Notes: generated by a model not told the origin, from the sequence alone. Counted from the first letter of the stretch, positions 20,043-29,968 are shown. The stretch: 64,000 nucleotides of DNA from a virus (IMGVR_UViG_3300033489_000001:190023-254022); one strand, 5' to 3'. Numbers and translations are program-made.

Positions 20043-20423
20043 TCAAGTTAGTTCAGAACTAACCTGACCGTTAATCTCTACAATGCCCATCGGTTCCAAT
20101 AAAATTGATGTTTCACCGATGTAGCATATTTTAAATGTATAGTTCTTTATCACAATCGTTTCGCCAACTGTGAGAACGCACCAATGTGGAGGGACAGGTT
20201 CCCCGTTGGGTCTAAGTAAAACTTTCGTTGGTTTATTAGATTCCGGTAAGAGTTCATATTCACCATTTGCCCCATACCTTACTCCAATCCACGGTTTATT
20301 AGATTCCGGTAAGGGTTCATATTCCCCGCTTGCTCCACGTATTACCCCAATCCACGGTTTTTTGTTAGAGGCTTCCGTTGATTCTTCAACTAATTGCTCA
20401 AATCTGTTTGTCTCTTGATTCAT
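20043..20423 (-). CDS. Hypothetical protein with an internal 21-aa (63-nt) tandem repeat
   Basis: NKKPWIGVIRGASGEYEPLPES / NKPWIGVRYGANGEYELLPES / NKP. Confidence 0.7.
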   Translation of the reverse strand: MNQETNRFEQLVEESTEASNKKPWIGVIRGASGEYEPLPESNKPWIGVRYGANGEYELLPESNKPTKVLLRPNGEPVPPHWCVLTVGETIVIKNYTFKICYIGETSILLEPMGIVEINGQVSSELT

Positions 20424-20430
20424 TTAGCCC

Positions 20431-21159
20431 TCAAATCTCAAAACTAAATCCTTTTTTAATAGCTCGCTGGTACGCCTTTTTGTCAAAAATATAATAAGGT
20501 GCTGGCCGATGTTGACCCGTTTGCTTCTTCCCGGTTGCAAGAAGTACTTTTGTGGCTAGTATTCGTTTACGAAAGTTAGACGCATCTAACTTTCGTCCCG
20601 TAACCCCCTCGTAAAGATTACGAAGTTCGGACAAGGTAAACTTTGGCGGAAGAAGATTGAATCCTATCGGTTCATACCGAATTTTCATGCGAAGGCGCTC
20701 GATTGCTTTGATCAAGATTCTTCTGTGATCAAACGCGAGCTTGATTCGGGTTTGGGCTGTATCAACTCCAATCCAATCAGTCGCAGAAGTATTTTTCCCG
20801 CTGGATAGGACATAATCAGCCGCCCTAACAAGCGCGAAGTGGGCCACCGAAATTACACGTCCCCTAGGATCACGATCGGGATAACCAAAGGTGTAGAGTT
20901 GCTCTATATAAGTAAGGTTGATGTTCGCTTCTTCTTTTAGCTTTCGCTTAGCAGCATCTTCAAGCGATTCCCCCTGATTATCAACCTCATCACTAACATT
21001 TACGAAACCCCCCGGAAGCGCCCAGTGATCCTTGAAAGGTTCTTCTTTTCTCCGCACTAAAAGGATTTGCAAAGGTTCCACGGTGGAAGATGGATTGAAC
21101 CCAAAAACAACGCAATCTACAGTCACGGAAGGACGAGGGAATTCGTAAGCGTACTTCAT
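20431..21159 (-). CDS. nrtR: NrtR-family Nudix/wHTH regulator of NAD metabolism
   Basis: PSVTVDCVVF, WALPGGF, Nudix box GESLEDAAKRKL, EQLYTFG..DRDPRGRVIS, FTLSELRNLYE, NFRK. Confidence 0.88.
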   Translation of the reverse strand: MKYAYEFPRPSVTVDCVVFGFNPSSTVEPLQILLVRRKEEPFKDHWALPGGFVNVSDEVDNQGESLEDAAKRKLKEEANINLTYIEQLYTFGYPDRDPRGRVISVAHFALVRAADYVLSSGKNTSATDWIGVDTAQTRIKLAFDHRRILIKAIERLRMKIRYEPIGFNLLPPKFTLSELRNLYEGVTGRKLDASNFRKRILATKVLLATGKKQTGQHRPAPYYIFDKKAYQRAIKKGFSFEI

Positions 21160-21184
21160 GGTTAGGGTCAGCCATACTTTATCG

Positions 21185-21205
21185 TTTTGGTAATGTCAAC
21201 CATAA
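21185..21205. promoter_or_regulatory. NrtR box (operator) overlapping a TTGACA upstream of nrtR
   Basis: TTTTGGT-AATGTCA-ACCATAA, a 21-bp palindrome with GT-N7-AC core; arms extend over 21178-21212. Confidence 0.7.
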
Positions 21206-21541
21206 CGATAAACTTTCTTATAACCTGTTGTAATTGCTACCGTTTTTTCTTTTCTATATAACGCCTTTTCCACTCGGCTATGCCTTCAGCTATACAGCGT
21301 GAGCAATAGTCACGGCCGTCTTGATTGGATTTCAAAAAGAACACTTCGCCGTGTATAGGGCATTTGCCCGTATTCTTTTGATCTACTACTCGGTGCCAAG
21401 AAGGATTGTCTTGCATTCCCCTTATTACACCGAGAAGAAAGAGGGATCGATAATTATTTTGTGAAATCAGCTTTGGCAGCTATGGGTCAAAAAGACTTGA
21501 CAGCCTGACTTGCCTGTATTGCAAGGAGATTTACTTGCGAA

Positions 21542-21787
21542 ATGAGTGCTCATCCAAAATTTGAAGAACAACGCCGAACCGTTCTGGTTCACCCGGAAAC
21601 TCTAAGGGAAGGCCGCCCCAGACTTTGGGCTTTTGGCTATCGGGACTATGCCAAACTATTTGGAATTACAGAAGAAGCTGTACGAAATATGGTTAAGCAT
21701 GGTTTCGATCCTAGTGACCTGGAACAGGTTTGTGCGGAATGGCTGAGACGGGGTTCAACTCGTTTGGTTCGAGACGGCAACTGGTGA
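21542..21787 (+). CDS. Small HTH protein
   Basis: DYAKLFGITEEAVRNMV. Confidence 0.55.
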   Translation: MSAHPKFEEQRRTVLVHPETLREGRPRLWAFGYRDYAKLFGITEEAVRNMVKHGFDPSDLEQVCAEWLRRGSTRLVRDGNW

Positions 21788-21802
21788 AAAGGAGAGATTT
21801 CG

Positions 21803-22876
21803 ATGCAAATAAACGTTTATAAAGAAACAGTGTTTTTTAAAGATGACGGTTTTGAATTTGTAGTGGTCTTCAATCGTACTATCCGATTACCGGAGGATGG
21901 TAAAGTACATGCCCTGCCCCCATCGCTTGGGCCTTTTCCGATTCATTTGGTAGATGACTTTAAAGATAAGGTTCCACCGGAATGGGTAGAACATGGCGGA
22001 GTATTTTTGCCTGTTCATCCACGAGAAGCGATGTGGCTTCGTTTTTCTGGCTCTACGGCCGCTGTAAAGGTCGCAGCAGGGATGATCAATGCGGTGAGCG
22101 GTAAGCCTTGGGACCCCAAACTGATCGCCGGAGAGGGCGACGTACAGGATTATATGGTGGCCCCGTCTCCGCAAACTTGGTTGGACGGCTTCAATACGGG
22201 AGCGGGCGTTATCAAGCAATTCGTGGGAATGGCTCTAGGTATGGGTTATACAGTCGAAGGACAGATCACGGGGGAAGAGAAGTTTGGGGGCATCCAGCTC
22301 TTAGTTGTTCCCCCCAAGCCGGGAAAGATACTGGAAAGACTGAAAGGGGTGATGCGGGGCATGACCCTCGGGGACAATGAGTTTAACTTCTCTTCTATGG
22401 ACGGCATGAAAAGTTGCAATGGCTATTCTGCCCCCTCCGTCATGAGATCCTATCAACCACAGACTCGCTTAACTAAAGGGGCTCAGGTTGGATTGGCGGC
22501 CGGAGGGGAGATGAAGCAGAAGATTTATCCTGACCCGCACGGCCTAGACACTTGGGATCAAGATAAAACAGGCCGCCTGTACGTCCACATGATCAATGCG
22601 GAAATGTATCAGCAAATCACTGGAAAGATGCCTCCTGCCCTACCCCAATCGGCTCAGGATTACCTCAAGGCTAATGGAGCATGGTTTGACCTGGCAGACG
22701 GACAAATGGGCGATGTAACGGCTTCCAAAGAGTTAGCCGGAGTCAAGACCGTAGCCGGTAAAGATAAAGAGCATGGCTTTGAAGGACAGCAGGATGATTC
22801 GCCGGTCGAAGAGAAGAACGTGATGACCTATCCCATGCCCGCTGGTTCGGTCCCTGTTCGGAATGGTAAGTGGTGA
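21803..22876 (+). CDS. Conserved protein of unknown function
   Basis: FNRTIRLPEDGK..LPPSLG.FP, GGVFLP..PREAMW, QTWLDG, KQFV...G.GYTVEGQITGEEKFGG recall a widespread uncharacterised family. Confidence 0.7.
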   Translation: MQINVYKETVFFKDDGFEFVVVFNRTIRLPEDGKVHALPPSLGPFPIHLVDDFKDKVPPEWVEHGGVFLPVHPREAMWLRFSGSTAAVKVAAGMINAVSGKPWDPKLIAGEGDVQDYMVAPSPQTWLDGFNTGAGVIKQFVGMALGMGYTVEGQITGEEKFGGIQLLVVPPKPGKILERLKGVMRGMTLGDNEFNFSSMDGMKSCNGYSAPSVMRSYQPQTRLTKGAQVGLAAGGEMKQKIYPDPHGLDTWDQDKTGRLYVHMINAEMYQQITGKMPPALPQSAQDYLKANGAWFDLADGQMGDVTASKELAGVKTVAGKDKEHGFEGQQDDSPVEEKNVMTYPMPAGSVPVRNGKW

Positions 22877-22881
22877 GCCCT

Positions 22882-23268
22882 TTAATTTAGAAGAGCTTGC
22901 AGAAATACGACGCAACCCTTGTCTCCTCCCAGACCAATTTGCCAATCCTTACCGGGCTCCATAGCTACATCTTTATTCATAATCGCTCCCGTGAAGCCGA
23001 ACCACGTAGCCATTGTGAAAGCGGCTATGGGATGGGGTAAACGTCCAGGAACGGGAACAGATATGGAAAGGTGCCGGTATATTAGCCCTTCGTCTTTTGT
23101 CATCGTAAAAACGCAACGGTAATCATTGATCTGCGCTACGTATTCCGGGCGATCTCCGGGAATAAAAGAGGTGGTTCCAATCACGTAATAGTTTTCGGGT
23201 CTGTTGGCGAACTCGAGCAGTTTTTCCACTTTCTGCTTGTTAGTCTCGTCAAAAATGAGTGCTTTCAT
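22882..23268 (-). CDS. Hypothetical protein
   Basis: ORF interrupted upstream by the TnpB element; YRHLSIS motif. Confidence 0.6.
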   Translation of the reverse strand: MKALIFDETNKQKVEKLLEFANRPENYYVIGTTSFIPGDRPEYVAQINDYRCVFTMTKDEGLIYRHLSISVPVPGRLPHPIAAFTMATWFGFTGAIMNKDVAMEPGKDWQIGLGGDKGCVVFLQALLN

Positions 23269-23341
23269 TGGGAGTTCCTAAACTTCTCGGTCGTTCATAT
23301 CTCCCAATTGTTGCCAAGGCTTATAGCTAGGCATTCGGGAC

Positions 23342-24589
23342 TCAAACTAATAACCTTTCGGTTCTTAGGTCAAGATTTAATTCCGATTCTTGCTTCATAA
23401 AGGACCGCCCTCGACCATGCCCTGCCCCTTCGGGGCTCCCGGCTTTGGTCTCCGGTCTTACGTCCTCTCCACAAGCATTTAGTGTCTCTCGATACCTTAG
23501 AGCGACATTTCTTAGGTTTATTGAGGCATTGGCGTCGCGATCATGTACCGCCCCGCAAGAGGGGCATACCCATTCGCTCTCGCCAAGAACCAATTCTTTG
23601 TAGATATATCCGCAACAAGAGCACGTCTTGCTCGATGGAAAAAACCTGCCCGCAAGGGCAATGTTGCTTCCACTGAGCTTCGACTTGTATTCTACCTGAC
23701 GATGAAATTCATAAAAAGCTGCATCTTGAATCGATTTAGCTAACTTATGATTCTTAAGAATCCCTCTTACATTAAGATCTTCTATCCCTATAAATCGGAA
23801 AGTTCTGACCAGCTTAGATGTGATCCGATGCCAAACATTAGATCTGATCTGAGCTACTTTCCGATGAGCTTTGGCAAGCCGAAGGCAGGCCTTTGCTCGA
23901 TTGGATGAACCCTTCTGCTTCTTACTCAGAGACTTACTAAGAATCCTTATTTTCCTCTCAGCTTTTCTAAGAGGTTTAGGGTTCTCAATCTTTTCTCCAG
24001 TAGAAAGAGTAGCTAGGGTTTTAATACCAACATCTACGCCCACCGCGTCTTGGCTATCGCACGCATGGGCATAGACAAAGGTTTCATCCGGGATTTGAAT
24101 TGAAAAAGAAGCAAACCATTTGTCAACAGATCTTGAGATTACAACTGATTTAACCTCTCCTTTGAATCGAAGAGATTGAATCATCTTAATAGGCTTCTTT
24201 AGGAGAGGGAGTTTTAGGTATTTTCCTGTTACTTTGAAATCATTCTCTCCTACATAAAATGAATCCTTAGACTTACCCTTCTTCTTGAATTGAGGGTACT
24301 TAGATTCTTTTTTGAAGAATCTTTTGAAAGCATCTCCTAAATTTTGAATAGCTTTTTGAGGAGCCCACTTAGAAACTTCTCTAACCCAAGGAAATTGATC
24401 ATCCTTAATTGAGTTGAATTCCTTAACTAAGGAGTAACCTGACATTCCTTTTTCACTTTGAGAGTATTTATCCTTCCAAGTCTTCAAAGCCCAGTTATAG
24501 GCAAATCTTGCCGTACCGCTGGCCTTACGCAAGTAGCGTTCGGCCTCTTGGTTGGGGCAGAGTTTGATCCTATGAGCTAATTGAGGCAT
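23342..24589 (-). mobile_element. tnpB: Solo TnpB (IS200/IS605/IS607 OrfB), RuvC intact; omega-RNA expected over the 3' end
   Basis: N-terminal HTH (RIKLCPN..GTARFAYNWAL), VGVDVG, IEDL, CxxC..CxxC, DRDANASINL; no tnpA nearby. Confidence 0.93.
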
Positions 24590-24638
24590 CTTTTTAGAGA
24601 AATTACACTAGGGTTAGAAAAGAGTCAATCTTAAGCTG

Positions 24639-24926
24639 TTAAATGGAAGTTTGATAGTTTGAGTCCTGAATGCCTACGCTGGCGATTATCCATTCGCAGG
24701 ATTCTCGACTTCTATTTAGGGGATTCATCCCCAGATATAAGCAACAGAACTCGGAGATTCCAAACCCACCTCTAGAGGCGAGACACTCTAATGACTGCCG
24801 TGTTCCGAATAATTTTACATATGTCTCGTATGCTTTCTCAGCCTCACACCATCTGATCGTGCCCCCTCGCTGTATTGGGAATCGTCTGTCATTACTTTTT
24901 AGGCTTGGTTTTAACTCAGTGCTCAT
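24639..24926 (-). CDS. Hypothetical protein
   Basis: ORF preceded by a CGGTGTAACAAT promoter-like motif. Confidence 0.6.
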   Translation of the reverse strand: MSTELKPSLKSNDRRFPIQRGGTIRWCEAEKAYETYVKLFGTRQSLECLASRGGFGISEFCCLYLGMNPLNRSRESCEWIIASVGIQDSNYQTSI

Positions 24927-25180
24927 CCCCCCCCCATTGTTACACCGGATTTATAAAAATCAAGGGCCTGAAAAAAGGGGTACTCTTTTCGGTGTATTTA
25001 CCTTTGTGTCAGATCTAAACTATGAAGAGTTGGCCAAGGTCGCCTTTGAAACCTATTGTAAAAGTCTTGATAAAAAAGGCAGAACGTGGCGGGAGCTTCC
25101 AACGGAGCGCAGAGTGGCTTGGATTGCCTCCGTTCAAGAAGTGATCGGCCTAGTCACCGCTGCTGACCTAACGTAAAAAC

Positions 25181-26107
25181 ATGAAAATTTTATATGTAAC
25201 CGACCTCCATGGGAATGAATGGAAATATGAAAAGACCTTAGAGGTGGCTCTCAGAGAAAAGGTCTCTTTGGTGATCAACGGTGGGGATATGCTCCCGTTT
25301 TTGGATTCTTTGAAGAAGGTCTATCCGGATGACTTTATTACAGAGTACCTAACTGATCACTTTCATCAATTTGATAGGGCCAAGATTCCCTACCTCTGTT
25401 TTCTTTGCAACGATGACTTGCGTATTTATGACTCAATTTTCGATAGTGTGTGCTCGGATTTTGAACACGTAAAAAACATAGCTCAGCGAAAAGTAGAATT
25501 TTTAGGCCATGAGTTTATAGGGATGAACTTGGTAAATGATTACCCTTTCAGACTTAAAGACAGATGCCGCTTAGATTCTAAAAAAGATCACGCTTGTGCA
25601 AGACAATTTGGAACGGCATTACTTTCAGACACTAATTCTACTGACAGAGGCAATCCGTTCATCACCATAAAAGATTATAACGCTTATCTAAAAACCATCC
25701 TGACAATTAAAGACGAATTAGATAAACTTCCTACGCCGCGTGATCCAAAAAAGTGTTTTTACGTTATTCATGTTCCTCCTTACGGATTAGGCTTGGATGT
25801 GTGCGGAGACGGTAGAGAAGTGGGCTCTTACTCGGTTAGAGATTTTCTCCAATTAGGACAACCGGCCTTTGCATTGCATGGCCACATTCATGAATCCCCG
25901 AGAGTTAGCGGAAAGTGGTACGCTCAGCTTGGAGAAACGCTTTGCATTCAACCCGGACAATACCCTATGCAACCACCTAAGAAGAAAGAATTCTTAGATT
26001 ACTATCTGACTTATGTATTGATCGACCTAGAAGAACAAACCATCGAGCGGGTTGACGAACCGGAATGCCAGGCTAAAGCTAGTATATTCAAATATGCCTC
26101 AAGATAA
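25181..26107 (+). CDS. Calcineurin-like metallophosphoesterase
   Basis: TDLHG, GGD, CNDD, HVPP, HGHIHE. Confidence 0.9.
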   Translation: MKILYVTDLHGNEWKYEKTLEVALREKVSLVINGGDMLPFLDSLKKVYPDDFITEYLTDHFHQFDRAKIPYLCFLCNDDLRIYDSIFDSVCSDFEHVKNIAQRKVEFLGHEFIGMNLVNDYPFRLKDRCRLDSKKDHACARQFGTALLSDTNSTDRGNPFITIKDYNAYLKTILTIKDELDKLPTPRDPKKCFYVIHVPPYGLGLDVCGDGREVGSYSVRDFLQLGQPAFALHGHIHESPRVSGKWYAQLGETLCIQPGQYPMQPPKKKEFLDYYLTYVLIDLEEQTIERVDEPECQAKASIFKYASR

Positions 26108-26522
26108 AGTATTACTCCTTACTGTCGGACTTCCCAGATCCGGAAAATCCACCTGGTCCTCGACTAAGCTCAAAGAGTTTCCCGTGGTCAATCCTGACAA
26201 TATCCGTTTGGCTGTACACGGGCAACCTTTCGTAGGAGAAGCGGAGCCTCTGGTTTGGGCCTTTGCCACCTATATGGTCGAAACCCTGTTCCTAACAGGT
26301 TACAATCAGGTTATATTAGATGCCACCAACGTAAAGAGGTCCGATAGAGATAAATGGAAGTCTCCTAAATGGTTGCGAAAGTACAAGATTTTTGAAACGC
26401 CTAAAGAAACCTGCATCCAGCGGGCGTTAGAAGGGGACAAAGAATATTTAGTGCCGGTTATTGAACGGATGGCCCTTGCGTATCAACCAATAGAAGAAGA
26501 CGAGTGGGACCAGTTTACTTAG
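26094..26522 (+). CDS. P-loop kinase, AAA_33 / polynucleotide 5'-kinase-like
   Basis: VGLPRSGKST, NPDNIR, ILDATN, CIQR. Confidence 0.85.
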   Translation: MPQDKVLLLTVGLPRSGKSTWSSTKLKEFPVVNPDNIRLAVHGQPFVGEAEPLVWAFATYMVETLFLTGYNQVILDATNVKRSDRDKWKSPKWLRKYKIFETPKETCIQRALEGDKEYLVPVIERMALAYQPIEEDEWDQFT

Positions 26523-26608
26523 GCCAATTGTTTGTGTCTTTAAAACATGAAGAGGGCTCGTTTTGGTGTAAGTTTGGAGATCTAACGTTGTAAGGATGGA
26601 GGTTCTAA

Positions 26609-26857
26609 ATGTCTGATAGTCACATTGGGAAAACATTCAAGGATACAATTTCAGGTTTTACTGGATTATGCACTGGTCATACCTTTTACATAAGTGGTTG
26701 TGATCAGTTATTACTAGCGCCTAAGGTCAATGATAAAGGAGAACTACAAGAATCTCACTGGTTTGATGTCCAACGTTGTCAACAAGTTGGTGAGACGGTA
26801 GTGACTCTAGATAATGCAGAGACGCCCGGTCATGATAAGCCAGCTCCTAAGAAATGA
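26609..26857 (+). CDS. Small conserved phage protein
   Basis: DTISGFTG...YISGCDQ...P...WFDVQR. Confidence 0.65.
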   Translation: MSDSHIGKTFKDTISGFTGLCTGHTFYISGCDQLLLAPKVNDKGELQESHWFDVQRCQQVGETVVTLDNAETPGHDKPAPKK

Positions 26858-27205
26858 CACGAGCCCCGCTCACTAAAACATGGAAGGGGCTTGTTTTAAT
26901 AAACTTAGACCCGTTATCTGTAAGTCCTTTGGTCGCCCACGCAATTGCTTGAGCTAACGTGACCGGCGTAGTAGGCGTCGGAAGTGTTGGGATAGGCGGT
27001 GTTGGGACCGGCACGTTACCGCCAAGAGCGTCAAAATCGGAAACAAGAGTGGCCCAATCGAAACCGTTGGAGCCTTAGTTTGCCCTTTAGCAACTTGGTC
27101 AGGAGTTAATAGGACGTACAATTCGCCACCATTAGCTGTAACGCAGAGCTTATTAATAGCTGCCCAAGTCAGCGTACCGAGCATCCCCCAAGTGTGGTAA
27201 CACGG
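26850..27205 (-). pseudogene. Frameshifted gene remnant, possibly the C-terminus of a papain-like peptidase
   Basis: HTWGMLGTLTW..GELYVLLTPDQ..KAP joins NGFDWATLVSDFDALGG and a Pro/Thr tail if one A is restored near 27065. Confidence 0.35.
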
Positions 27206-27338
27206 CGGTTGTTATCACGGGGCCGGTGAGCAAACGTGTTTTTTGAAAAAATTTGCTTTTTTATTTGACAGGCGGTTTTTTTCGGTGCATTATTACCCGG
27301 TAACGTAAAAACACCTTTTAGAGGTGCAATTTTCAGAT

Positions 27339-27416
27339 ATGAAACAGAACAGACAGATTTCGCCGATGCCCGTAGGGCCGCATAGCTATCCAATAGATAG
27401 CTTTATTCGGAACTGA
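27339..27416 (+). CDS. Leader peptide 1 MKQNRQISPMPVGPHSYPIDSFIRN upstream of tRNA cluster 1
   Basis: Follows TTGACA(27265)-N17-CATTAT; 19 of 24 sense codons after the start are read by tRNAs encoded at 27573-36774. Confidence 0.6.
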   Translation: MKQNRQISPMPVGPHSYPIDSFIRN

Positions 27417-27572
27417 TCCGTCTCAACTGTAGGCGGGTCAAAAAGAACCCGCCACGAAACACTTGCTATTTCTCGGCGGGGGATGTGAAAGGAGAAAGCA
27501 AGATGTTTGAACGTTCACCACAATTACCCGGTCACCCGTGCATTTCGAGGCACGGTGCAATCAGCGTATGAC

Positions 27573-27646
27573 CGGGGTAAGGGCTTGATGGTAAGCCGCC
27601 TGGCCTGGGACCAGGAGTTGTGCAAGTTCGACCCTTGCTACCCCGA
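27573..27646 (+). tRNA. tRNA-Pro(TGG), C33
   Basis: Acceptor CGGGGTA/TACCCCG; loop CCTGGGA; GTTCGA. Confidence 0.9.
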
Positions 27647-27699
27647 CTGGAAAATTTCAGTGATAGTGAAATAATGGTGAACGAATATTGAAAATTTAT

Positions 27700-27784
27700 G
27701 GTATCACGGGCACCGCTACTTAAGCTCTGGCGGATGTGCTGGGCGGGGTTGCTCCCGCTGTTTCGGGAAACCGGAGCTGGTACC
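27700..27784 (+). ncRNA. Unidentified four-way-junction structured RNA
   Basis: Closing stem GGTATCA/TGGTACC encloses three hairpins, the last capped by GAAA; no T-loop. Confidence 0.4.
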
Positions 27785-27795
27785 TTCCCTTTTGA

Positions 27796-27867
27796 TGCGG
27801 GATGACGCAGTGGAAGCGTGCAAGCCCCATAAGCTTGATGTCGTGGGTTCAAATCCCACTCCCGCTA
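27796..27867 (+). tRNA. tRNA-Met(CAT), initiator-like (1:72 mismatch), C33
   Basis: Loop CCCATAA; stem CAAGC/GCTTG. Confidence 0.88.
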
Positions 27868-27939
27868 CTAGTTAGAAGAGAATAAAGGCTTGAAAATGAC
27901 TTGGATAGACTCTAACAATGTTGAGGTTGACGATCTTCC

Positions 27940-28013
27940 GCCCCGTAACGCATCTGGGGGTGCGGTTGCCTTGTCACGGCAATGTTGGAGGAGTTCGATT
28001 CTCCCACGGGGCG
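27940..28013 (+). tRNA. tRNA-Asp(GTC)
   Basis: GCCCCGT/ACGGGGC; loop TTGTCAC. Confidence 0.9.
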
Positions 28014-28152
28014 CTAACCCAATTTGATCAAGTTTAGGCAGGTTTAGGGCAGTTTACAAAGAAACGATAACTTTACTAACTTTCGTATAAATGAGGAGAC
28101 AAGAAGAGTGAAAACTCGACCCCTACATAGCAGCTGCGGATGGCACTCTCAC

Positions 28153-28226
28153 GTTGTCCGTAGTTCAATGGTAGAACGTTGGGCGGTGGACCCAAAAATG
28201 ACAGTTCAATTCTGTTCGGATAACCA
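28153..28226 (+). tRNA. tRNA-His(GTG), G33
   Basis: G-1:C73 8-bp acceptor; loop CGGTGGA; encoded CCA. Confidence 0.9.
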
Positions 28227-28279
28227 AATCCGCTCCTATACCGTGCCGCGAGAGGCGGCAACTTTGACGGACGGTATAG

Positions 28280-28363
28280 GCATCGGACGGTGAATGGTAC
28301 ACCAACAGACTGTAAATCTGCGGAGCTTGCTCTATGAAGGTTCAAATCCTTCCCGATGCACCA
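28280..28363 (+). tRNA. tRNA-Tyr(GTA)
   Basis: Loop CTGTAAA; long variable arm; CCA. Confidence 0.93.
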
Positions 28364-28690
28364 AATCAATAGGAGTGGAAATCTTTTTCGGGACACAAAA
28401 GAGTTGAAAGGCTCACCGATTTCAATTATCAGGAAGGCGTGAAACCTTCCCTTGCTTTTCAGGTTTTACCCAAAAGAAGACTACCTCTTAGAACCACATA
28501 CCTTTTCAAGGAGTACCCTTTGGATTTATTGAATGCAAGCTGAGAGTATGCGATTTCACAATCTTCAAATACGAAGCCCAAAAACCAAACAGGAGAAAAC
28601 TGCTAATCAAGAGGGTTGGCACAGGGCAAAACGAAGGTCAATAAATCTCCCTTCCAGATGGGACGATATCTTCTTTAAACTACAGCGAAG

Positions 28691-29334
28691 TTGGAAGGCT
28701 CATCGAAAAACAAAGTTCAAACCAAAGTAACTACCATGAAACCCTACGGCGTAAAAATTGAAGAGTGGCCTGACGTGGCGGATATTCAAGCGATGGGCAG
28801 TAAAGGCTCTGTAGGCCGTTTGGCCGGGCGCTCCGGAGATTACCATCCTTACATCCGAGGCTCTAATAAAGCCCGAACCCGGCGGTACTGGAAGCGCCTT
28901 GCTCGTGCGGAAAGCAAGCGATTGTGTGTATGAAAGACTCCAAACCTAAAGGATGGGTTTTATTAGAAACCCTAAATATAGGCATTGTGAACTACGATGA
29001 TGACCCAATAAAAATGGCTCTCCTCGTTGAACAAGGCTCTTATAGGTATGTCCTAAAACCTGGAGGACGCTTAGGTGTTGAGCCCTTTCTATCTGAAAAT
29101 ATAAAGGGCACGAATTGAAAATTCAAGTTATCTGTCATCTGAGGTATGACTGACAAGTTTGAAAAGGTAAAACAAGTTTGGAGAGGCAACCAGCCAATAA
29201 CAGTTACGGTTCCTGGCCTTCACGGAGGAGCGGGAGACGTTGTAAAGAGGTTCACGGAACAGATTGGTATCAAACCCTGTTCGGCATGTGAAAAGCGGAG
29301 ACAACTTCTAAATCAAAGGTTACGATTCAAATAA
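28691..29334 (+). other. Three small hypothetical CDSs
   Basis: ORF track 28691-28933, 28924-29118, 29146-29334; tandem and co-directional. Confidence 0.55.
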
Positions 29335-29523
29335 GATCGTACTTTATGAGGATTGTTAAAGAATTTTTAGAGGGTATCAAGATTATTCGAGAATATCTTG
29401 AAATTAAATGTGAGGAATTAGAAGCTAGTAGTAGGGACGAAGTAGATGTGAAATTAAGTCCCTTCATCACTATTACATTAAAAAAGCGTTCAAAGAAAGG
29501 AAGAAAAGTAGCTTAGAAAATAC

Positions 29524-29911
29524 GGGTGCGTCACGGTTTCGACGGAGGAATGAAAACAATTGTAGCGTGCCCTGGTTGGTCGAAGGGCCAAGTAAAAAAT
29601 CGACCAAAACATAACTGCAAACGATAATGCAGCCCTCCCTCTCGCCATTGCGGCCTAGGGACGTTTCGCCAAGGAGATTCCGACTACCTTAGTGAGGCGT
29701 AAATTGAACGGATGCGAACTCAGGAGGAAGTTTCTGATCGACCTGAGCCAAGTACGAGATCAGTGGTGGTGGTGGTGGCGGTAACCCCGCCCCCGGAGGA
29801 TGCTGGTTGCAGCTTCTGAAGCCTCCTAAAAAACTAAGAAAAAGCAGATACGCACGTAGACGCAATTGTTAGTAGTTTTTTCGGACGCGGGTTCGACTCC
29901 CGCCGCATCCA
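29524..29911 (+). ncRNA. ssrA: tmRNA; tag ANDNAALPLAIAA (29617-29658)
   Basis: 5' GGGTGCG..GGTTTCGAC, 3' GGTTCGACTCCCGCCGCATCCA, G3-U70 pair, resume codon after ATAACT, tag ending AA-stop. Confidence 0.95.
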
Positions 29912-29968
29912 AAAGTACCGAGTTGGGAACCTGCACGCGGTGTACTTTGCACTCAAGATTAGAGACTA

